DNA of 21,718 nt, taken from Amoeboradix gromovi X-113. Taxonomy: Eukaryota; Fungi; Sanchytriomycota. This document shows, piece by piece, positions 8,999 through 20,400 of this stretch. Numbering within the stretch: position 1 is the first letter of the stretch; the number at the start of each line of letters is the position of its first letter. A program made the position numbers and the translations under genes. A model generated the notes under the pieces. That model saw nothing but the letters and a program-made list of their open reading frames with translations. It made no database searches and was not told the DNA's origin. The DNA lies in assembly GCA_018985225.1 (NCBI GenBank), contig JADGIF010000090.1, forward strand, positions 1 to 21,718. The letters are read 5' to 3'.

Positions 8999-11218
8999 AT
9001 GGACGAATTGCTCCCTTTAGTATTCAAGAGTGATTCTGCTAAACTTCAAAAAGCAGTAGATATATACTTGGGAGAAGATTCTGAGCTACCCGATTTCTCG
9101 TTCTCTCTGAACCCACCCCCTCTAGCATTGATTAGTAAGACTACTCAAGATGCTCAAATGTATTCAGAACAATTGCAAGCCATTATCCAACCTATTCAGC
9201 AGCTGCATAACACTAAGGAGCATATAAAGCAATCCATCGAATTCTTCACATATCTCCATGCCTGGGTACAAGATATAAAATTGCTGGAAGTTGGATATGA
9301 ACAGGGTAGCTATCCATTGGAGCCCTTAAAGAATGCTAAAAGGTTGGCTGTATATTTGCGTAGGTATCAAGAAATATCATTAATAAACAAAGGTTTGGCA
9401 GATTACAATGAGTTACAAGATAAGCTTTATAAAAGAGCTAAACAGAATATATTTGATAGCTTTAATCCAACCGGCATATTTATTGGTGAGAAAGAAAAGG
9501 TGAAACAAATGGTTATGTTTGTAACTGAGCTTAACGACAAATATAATGAAATTAACACAATTAGACATGCGATAATTGTGCTTCATTTAAAAGAGTATGA
9601 GGGAATGTTTGCTGTGGATTTTACTCTTGAGAATATTCCTCGCAGATTCGCGTGGTATAAGAAGTTGTTAAAACAAATTGAACCAATTTTGGATATATTT
9701 CCCCCTTCATGGTTGCTTTCCACTTCTGTTGCCACTGAATTCTGTGTAGTTACAAAATTTGCTATGGGCCAAATACTTCAAAAGCAGCAACCGACCACTT
9801 TAAAAGTTGAGGATTTCATAAAAATGTTATTACTTTCAATTGAATATGAAAACCAACTAGCTAAGCTTCACAAAAATGAATCTTTCGTGGGATGTTTAAG
9901 CAATGCGTTCGAACCATTTATGTTTTACTATATCGATTATGAAAAAAAGAAGTTGGCTTTGCTTCTGGAAGATGTAAAGAAGATTCCAATTAAGATTTCT
10001 GACGAAGACAAGTCTATATCTCTATTGTCTAAAATTGTTGTTTGCTTTCAGGAGCTAAGACAAATGATGATTCAATGTTTAAAAATGTCAAATGGTAAAA
10101 CATTCCACGAGATTTGCAAGCTGTTTGATGATTTTATAATTAATGTCGCTGATGCGCTACTAAACAAGTGTCCAAAGCAAGACCTATACAACACCGATGA
10201 CTACATATACACCGCTTATTTAATAAATACCCTCGACTTTATTTCCAACTCCACAGAACAGTTGCAAAAAAAGTGTCAAGAGAGTGCATCCTCCAAGTAT
10301 ACAGCATTGATAAAGTTAGAAAAGGCCAGTGAACATGCTTTCAATTGTATCGCAAAGGTGACAAAGTTATTAATGGATTTGATATTAAATTTTGCTAAAT
10401 CTGAATTCAACAAAGTAGACAAGCGGATATGGTCTACAATTCTAAATACCGGAGACTCCAGTCCATACGCAGTTAATGTTAGTAAACACGTATTAAACTT
10501 CATGCCCTTAATTCGTGAAAATATTAGCAAGCAGCAATTCTTTAAAGTAATCGCTGATAAAATAGTGATAGAGTTCAGCACTTTAGTACACGAGCAGCTT
10601 TGGAAATGGAAACCAATTAGCCAAGTAGGCGCCGAGCAATTATTACTGGATTTACAGTCATTGAAAAATTGTATGAGCAATGGAATCTACCCACCAACAA
10701 ACGATAGCAACTCTGCGAAGTTTCACAGACAAACAGTAGTTAAATGTTTCCAGAAGAGTGAAGTGTTGCTAAAAATAGCTATGAATCATTTAGTAGTCGC
10801 AGATGTATTTGTAGGCTCCTTTGTGATGATGACAGATGTGAGTGCCGAAGGAAATGCAGTTGCGTGTTCCACAGAGGATATCTTTCGAGAAAAGTCAAGA
10901 AAGAAATCTTTGTTACGGCTGTTGGAGTTCAGAGGAGCAAGCAAACAAGAAATAACTAAAATAATTGATAAGTACACTCAGCTCTACAGCGATACAGAAA
11001 CAATAGACATGAATACAGCCACTCCGGAGGACAAGAATGCTCAAGTCAATTGGAAGAAACTCTTTGTAGCCCCTGCGCCTCCAGTTAATCCAACAAGCCC
11101 ACTTACAACGACAATTCCAGTTGAACAGGTGCCACAGCAATCGCAGCCCCAAGCTCTACCAACAGCTACTGCATCATTTATGAACTACTTTAGCACGTTC
11201 AGCGCTAAGAAACAGTAA
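8999..11218 (+). CDS. VPS53: GARP/EARP complex subunit Vps53
   Basis: LENIPRRFAWYKKLL, IFPPSW, EFCVVT, LSNAFEPFM..YIDYE, CLKMSNG, LINTLDF, GDSSPY and KPISQVGAEQLLLDLQSLK motifs typical of Vps53. Confidence 0.92.
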   Translation: MDELLPLVFKSDSAKLQKAVDIYLGEDSELPDFSFSLNPPPLALISKTTQDAQMYSEQLQAIIQPIQQLHNTKEHIKQSIEFFTYLHAWVQDIKLLEVGYEQGSYPLEPLKNAKRLAVYLRRYQEISLINKGLADYNELQDKLYKRAKQNIFDSFNPTGIFIGEKEKVKQMVMFVTELNDKYNEINTIRHAIIVLHLKEYEGMFAVDFTLENIPRRFAWYKKLLKQIEPILDIFPPSWLLSTSVATEFCVVTKFAMGQILQKQQPTTLKVEDFIKMLLLSIEYENQLAKLHKNESFVGCLSNAFEPFMFYYIDYEKKKLALLLEDVKKIPIKISDEDKSISLLSKIVVCFQELRQMMIQCLKMSNGKTFHEICKLFDDFIINVADALLNKCPKQDLYNTDDYIYTAYLINTLDFISNSTEQLQKKCQESASSKYTALIKLEKASEHAFNCIAKVTKLLMDLILNFAKSEFNKVDKRIWSTILNTGDSSPYAVNVSKHVLNFMPLIRENISKQQFFKVIADKIVIEFSTLVHEQLWKWKPISQVGAEQLLLDLQSLKNCMSNGIYPPTNDSNSAKFHRQTVVKCFQKSEVLLKIAMNHLVVADVFVGSFVMMTDVSAEGNAVACSTEDIFREKSRKKSLLRLLEFRGASKQEITKIIDKYTQLYSDTETIDMNTATPEDKNAQVNWKKLFVAPAPPVNPTSPLTTTIPVEQVPQQSQPQALPTATASFMNYFSTFSAKKQ

Positions 11219-11336
11219 ATTAATTTAATTATTATTTTTAAATATGCAGTCTGAGAGTCTAAACTATCAAACTCTTCTATACGCTCTATGGGTATTACGC
11301 GCTTTTCATCCAGCATTTTTGAAACTGTCTTTGAAA

Positions 11337-12431
11337 ATGAACAAATTTCAAGGATGGACCCGTCAAAAACTAATAGACAGGGTAGAAGCTTTGGAGAAAC
11401 AGACAGCTGTAGATAAGTCACTAGTCTCTAATAAGGAGAATAGTGAATGGCAAAAGAAACATTCAAAATTGCAAGGAATAGCTAACAAATTAGAACAAGA
11501 AAAGATAAAACTGCAACAATCCAACACTAACTTGGAATCAAAGTTCAAAGAACTGTATGCTGATTATGAGTCTCACAAAGAAGCGTCTCAAATTAAGCTA
11601 AATAAAGAACAACTTAAGGTAAATGAAAAAATACAAGAAATACACAAGTTGCAAAAGCAGAAGCAGAGAGACGAAAGTGGTTTTGGGGATGTAATTGATG
11701 ATTTACAGAATAGATTGACAAAGTCCCAAAAAGACTTTGAAGGTAGTAGAAATGAAATTTCTCAGCTGAAAACTGAAAGTAAAGAAGAGATCACAAGTCT
11801 TATAGCTAAGCTGGCAGAGAAAGACGATGCAATAATGGATTTACAGAGCCAGATTAAGGAGTTGCAGCAGTTAAATGTGCATGAGTTGGACGATTCCATG
11901 GAAATGTTGGAAATACCGAATAGAACTGAAACCACCACGTTGTACAGTGAACTAGAAGATCAAAGGTTGGATTTGAGTCAGAGATATAACAAGCTTTTAA
12001 GGCAATATAGGTATTTAAGATCGCAACAATCATTATATTCGATGAAATCTAGTCAAGACATATATGATTTGGAAAATAAATTAATTGAATTAACATCATC
12101 GTTGAATGAAGTCAAGCTGGTTAAAGTTAACGAAATGATGGTTTTTAAAAACGATTTGCTCCCGAATGGTGAACTGAATTATCTAAGTAGTGGCTATGGT
12201 CACAAACATGAATTAATTAATCGTACACTTCACAAACAGGTTAATGATCTGATGAGAGAGAACGAAGAGCTAAGAAGGAGGTATTTAAGCTGCCTGAAAA
12301 AATCAAAAGTTGTGAATGATAAAATGCAAGAATTAAATCAGATGATGCAGAATAAAGAGATTTCTAGTTCACCTTCAAAAAGAACAAAGCTTAACCAAGA
12401 ACAAGAGCAGAGCGAATGCAAAACTCAATAA
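11337..12431 (+). CDS. SPDL1: Coiled-coil protein, probable Spindly (kinetochore dynein adaptor); start may be 11244 or 11337
   Basis: Long coiled coil; Spindly-motif-like TTTLYSELEDQR followed by the same Y..L..Q spacing as animal GNSLFAEVEDRR...KYQSLKKQ; C-terminal CaaX box CKTQ*. Confidence 0.7.
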   Translation: MNKFQGWTRQKLIDRVEALEKQTAVDKSLVSNKENSEWQKKHSKLQGIANKLEQEKIKLQQSNTNLESKFKELYADYESHKEASQIKLNKEQLKVNEKIQEIHKLQKQKQRDESGFGDVIDDLQNRLTKSQKDFEGSRNEISQLKTESKEEITSLIAKLAEKDDAIMDLQSQIKELQQLNVHELDDSMEMLEIPNRTETTTLYSELEDQRLDLSQRYNKLLRQYRYLRSQQSLYSMKSSQDIYDLENKLIELTSSLNEVKLVKVNEMMVFKNDLLPNGELNYLSSGYGHKHELINRTLHKQVNDLMRENEELRRRYLSCLKKSKVVNDKMQELNQMMQNKEISSSPSKRTKLNQEQEQSECKTQ

Positions 12432-12460
12432 TAAAGAGCCTTAGTAAAATTTATTTGTAT

Positions 12461-13723
12461 TTAAACGGCTTGCCATATCTTTATTTTATAATCTTCACTT
12501 GTTGTGACAAACATATTAGCAGTGTTAGGTGAAACAACCGTACCAATATTGCTAGTTACACAATTAATAAATTGTTCGTGTGCTTTCTCAATCGTCTTGG
12601 TTTGTTTGCCTGTTCTTAAATCAAATACACGAATAAATCTATCATCTCCAACGCTGATGATACACGAAGGATACTCAAAATCACCCGGAATGTCAGCATA
12701 TTGAATGCATATACTCCTAATCCAGTTTTCGTGCCCGATGAAGTTGTAGAGGCATTCTTTTGTTATCAAATCCCATAGCTTGATAGTTTTGTCGCGACCA
12801 GCCGATATCAGCAAGCTCATGTTCCGTGTGGATTTCACCAGATCTTGGGCATCTTTAGTGCATATCTTGGGGACAAACTTTACAGTCTCTACCACGTGTT
12901 CATGGCCAAACAATTCGACTTCTTCTTGTTTTGTAGACAAGTTCCATATTTTGATAAAGTTATCATTTCCAGCGCTAGCTAAATGACTTTCACTGGTATC
13001 AATACAACGAATCCACTCGTTATGCCCAAAAAGTACATTTTCGCAGTTTCCTGTGACAATATCCCATTCTCTAATGGTACTATCTCTAGAACAACTGTAT
13101 AAATATTTGGATTCCAAGTCGAAAGCCAGCATACTAATAGCCTCGTCATGCCCATAGCAAGTTTTAATGCATTGATAGTTATTATCAGTATCCCAAAACT
13201 TGATTGAGGTATCAGCACTGGCAGAGACCAAAAGCTTCCCACTCTTGGAGTACAATACAAAATTGACTGCCTTTGTGTGTCCCTTACAAGTGCGTTCAAA
13301 ATCACCAGTCTCGTAGTCGTAAATTTTGATGGTAGAATCCTCAGATCCTGTTGCAACCGTAGTGTATATAGGATGTACTGCTGCAGATAACACGCTCCCT
13401 TTGTGGCCTTCTAAAGTATGTTTAGGTGCAGTCTTTGGCAAGGGTGTGAAATCGAAATTCTGTTTTTTACGAAATACATTCTTGTCGATTTCTTTTTGCA
13501 AATCTGAAAGCTCTTTTTCGAGATCCATATTTCTTTTCTGCAGTCTAGAGACAGTTATCCACTTTCGTTCAAGCAAACCATTATGTGCAGTAGTGGGAGT
13601 TAACTGAGATTCTTCTTGCAGAAGTTTAGCACTTGCTACCAGTTGATTCTCATTTAGAAATGCTATTATCGAAAGAATTAAATCACTTTTAGCTTTGTCA
13701 GACAAAATGGACATTTGGGACAT
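12461..13723 (-). CDS. PAC1: LIS1/Pac1/NudF dynein regulator
   Basis: N-terminal LisH, GLLERKWITVSRLQKRNMDLE coiled coil, WD40 repeats (SEDSTIKIYDYETGDFERTCKGHTKAV, GHEHVVE, RDKTIKLWD, GHENWIR). Confidence 0.95.
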   Translation of the reverse strand: MSQMSILSDKAKSDLILSIIAFLNENQLVASAKLLQEESQLTPTTAHNGLLERKWITVSRLQKRNMDLEKELSDLQKEIDKNVFRKKQNFDFTPLPKTAPKHTLEGHKGSVLSAAVHPIYTTVATGSEDSTIKIYDYETGDFERTCKGHTKAVNFVLYSKSGKLLVSASADTSIKFWDTDNNYQCIKTCYGHDEAISMLAFDLESKYLYSCSRDSTIREWDIVTGNCENVLFGHNEWIRCIDTSESHLASAGNDNFIKIWNLSTKQEEVELFGHEHVVETVKFVPKICTKDAQDLVKSTRNMSLLISAGRDKTIKLWDLITKECLYNFIGHENWIRSICIQYADIPGDFEYPSCIISVGDDRFIRVFDLRTGKQTKTIEKAHEQFINCVTSNIGTVVSPNTANMFVTTSEDYKIKIWQAV

Positions 13724-13990
13724 GCACTCTGAAAAGTAGACGGGGGTAAAAACGGATGACGAAAAGAAAAAGAAAGAGTTCCTGATGGTAAAAACCTCTC
13801 AGAAAACACACGAAGTAAGACCTACAGGAATATTGCGTTAACCTAAACCATCTCTAGACGCAGAAAACACAAGCAAGGTAGGCCTGGTGAATAATTCATA
13901 TACCGACAGAAATACAACGCGCCTTCATGATCTTCCGTTCTCGCCCTTGAGAAATTCTCTTTATTTAATTTTACCTATCAAACATCTCCT

Positions 13991-16900
13991 ATGCTTTCAT
14001 TTCAATTGAATCAAAAAATTTATACCAAAGATGCCAATATTATCAAGTTTGATCATAACCATGAGTTACTCTGGGTCGGAGATACCACAGGCTGTCTAAA
14101 ATCCTACAATCAGGGTTCAGTTTACTCTTCCACCGCAGTCAGTCACGATAACGTAGTGGATGTGCACATAGATAGCAATTTAATATATGCTATTGGTCCT
14201 TCTACTTTAAAATGTATAAACCATAGAGGCTTACCTAAACTATTTAGATCCGGTTTACAAGGTTTAAGCTGTTTAACAAAATCTCATAAATATTTACATC
14301 TTGGTGGAGATAGTTTGACGGACATAGATGTAGCCACTAACTCTGTTGTTCACACTAGGAACTACCCAACCACTAGAATTAAATCATATATGAATAATTT
14401 ATACACCAGTGATAAGAATGAATTATACATTATTGATATCAGGAGTGATGAATGCTTGGCAATGACTCATTCTAATGGTTTTGTCACTAACATTGAATGT
14501 TTTGGTAACTATGTTCTTACTACCGGTACAACTTTACAAAATTCCTTGTACACACCTGATCCATTTGTAACAGTGTTTGATATAAGAACTTTAAAGGTGT
14601 TAAAAGTAATACCGTTCTCAGGAGGTGCCGTTCATTTAAAATCGCATCCTCGTGTAAGCAGTGCGTTCTTCATTGGATCTATGGATGGCAACTTGATTTG
14701 CCATGATATTGTTAATAACAGGAGCACTAATTGCAAACCGTTAAATGTAATTACAGCTGAGATCGATATTTCGTTATCTGGTGACTGCGTTGGTGCGATT
14801 GATAATTTTGGAAGTGTTAACATATTTACATCAAACGAAGATGCCAAGTTTAATGTTCCGCATCTATCAATGGAACTAGAATATGCGACTTACGTACCAT
14901 TTCATCCTGTTTTACCAACAGGCTCTTCATTTTCATTAATAGAAAAACCTATACGCGGTCCACTGGGCTTTTTGTCTGACGACATGAGCATTTTCACAAA
15001 CAAGAAGATTGTTCCACCACCGATAGATCCTGCTATACTTAAAGTAGCCAAGTACAATAATTCGATTGGGTATGCTCCCAACTTGAACTTGTTCAAAAGA
15101 AATCAGTATCATTTTGGAAAAGTCGAAAAACAAGATTCTGTTGTATTTCATAGTCAAAAGAAAAATCCAAGGAAAAGGTCTGTCAGTGCAAACTCCAATG
15201 CATCCTCAACAAAGGACTACGAGAATAAAAAACACATTCCAGATCACTATATCAGTAAGCATATCAAATACTCTAAATTTGGCGTAGAGGACTTTGATTT
15301 CACTGTATTTAATCAAACTAAACACCCTGGGTTAGAAAACCATATCAAGAACTGCTATCTAAACTCTTTGTTGCTGCTTTATTACTTTATTCCAGATTTT
15401 AACAACTTTTGTACTAACCATATCCTAGCAGCATGTGACTCATTAAACTGCTTCATATGCGAACTAGGCTTCTTGTTCAAAATGCTGGATACAGCGCAAG
15501 GAGTCAATTGCCAGGCCTCTAATTTCCTTATGGCATTTAGCAACAACCCCAAAACATCACTACTGCACTTGAGTGAACCATTGGATAGCAAAAAATTCCA
15601 CGAAGTCATACAGAAATCGAACAGCTTTATATTAGAGCAGATATATGTAGATTCGTCCCTGAATGAAAAGAAATTGTTTGAGGATTATTTTGGATACAAA
15701 TACGAAATATCAAAAGTTTGTCGGAATTGCATGATCGAAGTTAAAAGCTCCTCGCTAAAATTTGTATTGGATTTGAATTACAAACTTGATAACGATGAGC
15801 AATGTAGTTTTGAGAAAGTGTTGCACAATTCACTGAACAGCGTTGATAAGATTAAGAAGCTATGTAAAGACTGCGGTAAGGCCACAATCCATGAAGTATC
15901 AAAAAATGTGGTAAAACTACCTAACGTGATGCTGATAAACACAAACACAATAAATTTAGCTCATAAATCAATTTATTGGACAAAATTGAACAAATTCCAA
16001 AAGGATATATCGGGTAAGCTTTCTCTTGCATTGAGTTACAGCGGCGTCGAATACGACTTGAAAGGTGTACTATGTCAGATCCTAACCGAAGGAAATAAAG
16101 AACATTTGATCTCGCAACTGCATAAAAACGAATGGGTACATTTTAATGACTTTCTGGTCCAAACAGTTCCTGAATATGAAGTAGTTCAGAATCCTAAAGG
16201 ATGGAAGTCACCATCTATATTTATGTACCGCAAGCATAGATACATAGAATTGCCTATAAACACTCTGGATGAATCGGTGATGATTGAGTTTTTACAGTCT
16301 AGTTCCACATCCATAGCCCCTATACTCTCACCAAGCGTTTATCCTGTTATACCACTGCAAGAGTACGAGAACATTGGAAGTGGTTTTTTATGTGCGTTAG
16401 ATGCAGAATTTGTTAGTCTGCAGGAAGAGCTGGTAGAGTTTAAAAGCGACGGCAGTAAAACCATCAAGAGACCTTGTAGATTGCATCTGGCACGAGTCAG
16501 TATTTTAAGAGGAGAAGGATTTCACGAGAAGAAGCCTTTTATAGATGACTATATAATACCCAAGGAAGAAATACAAGATTACTTAACTCAATTTAGTGGC
16601 ATCAAACCAGGCGATTTAGATCCAAAAACTAGTAGAAAGAGATTGCTGCATTTGAAGACAGTTTATAAAAAGATAAGATGGCTAATAGATCTAGGATGCG
16701 TCTTTGTGGGACACGGATTAAAGAAGGATCTGAGAATCATAAGTATTTGTTCAATAATGTAGATATTCATATACCGAGTGATCAGATTATAGATACTGTG
16801 GAACTCTACCATTTAGAGAGCTACCAGAGATACCTATCCCTAAAATATTTGGCTCACAAAGTTTTGCAAAAGAGCATACAAGTAGAATCACACGATAGCA

Positions 16901-17016
16901 TAGAGGACGCACTAACAGCTCTAGAATTATACAAATACTATCAAACAATAGAGGATGTCCCAGCGTTTCTGAACAGGCTTTATGCAGATGGTAGGAAAAC
17001 CAATTTTAAGATATGA
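13991..17016 (+). CDS. PAN2: PAN2 deadenylase catalytic subunit (WD40-UCH-DEDD exonuclease); exons 13991-16742 and 16763-17016, ~1001 aa
   Basis: IKYSKFGVEDFDF, CELGFLFKML, GVNCQASNF, FNDFLV, ALDAEFV, DYLTQFSGI, FVGHGLKKDLRIIN and HDSIEDA. Confidence 0.96.
16743..16762 (+). other. 20-nt spliceosomal intron in PAN2 (GTATTTGTTCAATAATGTAG)
   Basis: GT-AG; removal gives DLRII-N-IHIPSDQIIDTV, the expected Pan2 exonuclease sequence. Confidence 0.9.
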
Positions 17017-17491
17017 ACACTGCGTTGTAAATTGCCACAGATTGTACATGTTTTACTAGTAAATGCTTCGTAATATTCAAGTAACATTTTTACTACTTCT
17101 TTAATTTGAACTATTATTTCAAAACAGTTCCTGAGAACAGAACAGTGCTTTTTAGAACGTTTTGGTTTCTTTAGATTTGAGATGTTCTGGTTCTAGAATT
17201 TAGGAGAATTTAGGATCGATGAGGTAAGATATCAAGTTTTTATGTAATTATATAGCTGCAAATTATTTTCATCTTGTTTTTTGTATCCCTTAACTACATT
17301 TTCGTTGTCAATTACTCTCTTACACAAGTTTTTTCTACCTTTAGTTCATCTTTCTTAAGTTTTCAGATGTTAATGACAATTTCAGTATTTGCATGTTTGG
17401 TTTGGCTACATTTCAATGGAATTTCAACATCTAATAGGCAACTCTTTTTCTTTCGACATCATTTTAACCCCAAGTTTCCTTTTCATTAAGC

Positions 17492-20400
17492 ATGTCCCAT
17501 TTATTGCCTGAAGTACAGCCTCGGATTATTAATGATAACCAACGTTCTTTAATTCATTGCAATAGCAAGAGATCGTTTTTTGCGAAGGAGCTAATAATCA
17601 GCAAGCCTGAGAAAGCTGGTGAGGACGCATGGATTGTTGAAAGATTGTTAGACTATGATGCCAATAAATATCTTGTTTTATGGCACGGAAATGAACAGTC
17701 TTGGCAGCCTTATCAGGATTTATTTGACTGTCCCGACTTAGTATACCAATTCTGGCAAGAACAGAAGAAAATTAATATCTCTCAGCCAAGTGAAGTTCGT
17801 CATCAGCTCAAGGAAATGCAGATGTATGCTCAAGACAACTCAACTGAGACCGATGAAGCGAACTCTGATGAAGAACCATTTGCACCTGGTAAAACCGGAA
17901 GTCGCAGTAGTGACGAAAGTGGTGTTCAAAAAACTGCTCACGATTTAAAAAGACCTGCATACGACGAGCCCTCTTCTCTTTCTGACGATTACGATGACCT
18001 TAGCGAACTCAGTGCTATTTCATATCACAATCGCAAACGTAAAAAAGCTAAAAGGGCTGAAGAGAATCCAGAGTATTTAGTTCAAGAAATACTGACTTGG
18101 CAAGAGGAGCCTGATGGAACCCGCTCATTTGCCTGTAAATTAGAGGACACTAGTTACCACGACCTTACATGGATTCCCGAATCGGAACTGCAGGTTGTTT
18201 CTGCTGCAAAATATCGAAATTTTATGAAAGCTAGATTTGTTGATCCTCCTATTCCTGTTGAAGACACTTTTGATCCAGCCTATTTAAAAGTGCATAAAGT
18301 CATGATTGTTGAAGAGGATGAACTATTAGATAACACATCAGTGAAATTTTACATGATAAAATGGGAAAATTTAAGCTATCTATATAAGACGTTTGAAACT
18401 GACATTGAAAGTTTGCCCAACTTCCAAAACGCACTGGATAGGTACAATCTATCACTAGAATGTGCTAAAGAGATGTTCAAACGGCCGCCAAAGAAGAGAT
18501 CTTACTCAAAGATAACTGCGCAACCTGATTTCATCCCTAGTCACTTGATATTAAAGACACACCAACTAGACGGTTTGAACAGAATATTATACAACTGGTC
18601 TATTCATAAATCAATGATCTTAGCTGATGAAATGGGCCTTGGAAAAACCATTCAAACTATTGTGTTTATATCGTATTTATACTTCAAATATAGGTTAGCA
18701 CCATTCATAGTTATAGTGCCCAATAGTACTCTTGATAACTGGGAACGTGAATTCCAGAAATGGGCCCCATTCCTGTCTGTTTTATTGTTTGCTGGAGACG
18801 TAGAAGATAGAGAATCGGTGAAATCGTACGAGGCCTTTTTCCAAGGTAACCTTAGGTTTCATGTCTTGATAACCACGTATAGTACTGTTAGATTAGACAC
18901 GTTGTTCATTAAGAAATGTGGTCCATTCGCCTGCTTAATTGTTGATGAAAGTCACAATTTGAAGAACGAGCGTAGTATTCTGTACAATTGCGTAGGGCAG
19001 CTTCAAGTCGATTTTACTTTATTCCTCACCGGTACGCCTGTGCAAAATAAAATCAGAGAATTATTTGCATTATTAAACTTCTTGGATCCAAAAGAATTTG
19101 GAAATATAAATGACCTTGAACAAGAGTATTCCAACCTACATGGACAGTTAGTTATAGATCTTTTGAACAAGCTTAGACCTTACATTCTAAGAAGAACAGT
19201 AAAACATATTGCTAGCGAGTTGCCACTGAAGAAGGAAGTTGTCATTAAATGTGGGATGACGAAACTGCAAAAAGAGCTCTACAAGGATGTTATATCAAAG
19301 AACGCTGCGTTATTGGTAGCGCTGGACCAATCAACAAAAGGAACTAGAACCGATGTATGGATGCAGTTAATGCGCATCAGTATGCACCCCTATGCTGTGG
19401 ATGCAGATATTGAACCAAGGGATTTATCCTCTGCTGAAGAATTACGGTTGCTGATTAATAGCAGTGGAAAATATACCATACTAATTCAAATTATGGATAA
19501 ACTTTATGAAACCAACAAAAAAGATCCAGGCACAGGCAGAGTGATAGTGTTTGCACAACATAAAAGATCTTTAGATATTTTACAAGACATACTATTTAAA
19601 AAGCAATACCCATGTTTTCGAATGGATGGAGATACCAATAGATTAGAAAGACAAAGTATGTTTGATGCATTTAATAATGATCAAGAGTCATTTGCGTTCA
19701 TCATGACAACTAGATGCGGGAGTGAAGGCATCAATTTAACTGCTGCTAGCACTGTAATATTGATGGATATGGACTTTAATCCAACAGTAGATAAGCAAGC
19801 TATTGGTAGGTGTTACAGAATAGGACAGGTAAACAGGGTTTTGGCTATTAAGCTGGTAACTACCAATACTGTTGATGAACGCAGATTAGTGATTGCTACA
19901 AAAAAATCAACATTAAACAGGCTGTTAGTTAAGCCACTAGACAGTGCAGAGGATTTGAACTCTACAGATATAGATGCTATGATTAAGCATGGAAGTAAGC
20001 AGATGTTTGAGAATGTAGAGGATGATGCACATATCAAACTAACCGATGAGGAGTTACGAGAGTGCTTGGATAAAAGTAATATAGAAGCAACAGAGGAGCT
20101 TATTAACGATGAGGAAGATGCATTTAACACCATAACACCAGTCCAAGCCATAAAATTAGATATTGAAGTGAAAGAAAGTGAGCAAATGAAGGAAAAGTTG
20201 GACAGTGGGGACAATGAATTTTGGAATGATTTAATAGTTAAGAAGCTAAAGGAGGAAGAGGAAAAAAGAGCTAAGGAAATGTTAGGAAGAGGCATGAGAA
20301 AAAAGAAAAATCATTTACAGAATCATTTGATAGATGAAACAGAGAATACTAAGGATGGTGACTTTGAATATTTTAGTGATTATGATGACGAAGATGACGA

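Noticed and set aside
13740-13990. Coding-looking K/E-rich frame between LIS1 and PAN2
   Set aside because: Contains a stop codon and no motif; best explained as a compositionally skewed bidirectional promoter region.
650-20295. Numerous short ORFs antisense or out of frame within the large genes (e.g. 650..1012, 2132..2425, 10276..10680, 12979..13356, 19813..20295), plus 17274..17489
   Set aside because: Shadow ORFs of well-supported genes, or low-complexity T-rich promoter sequence.
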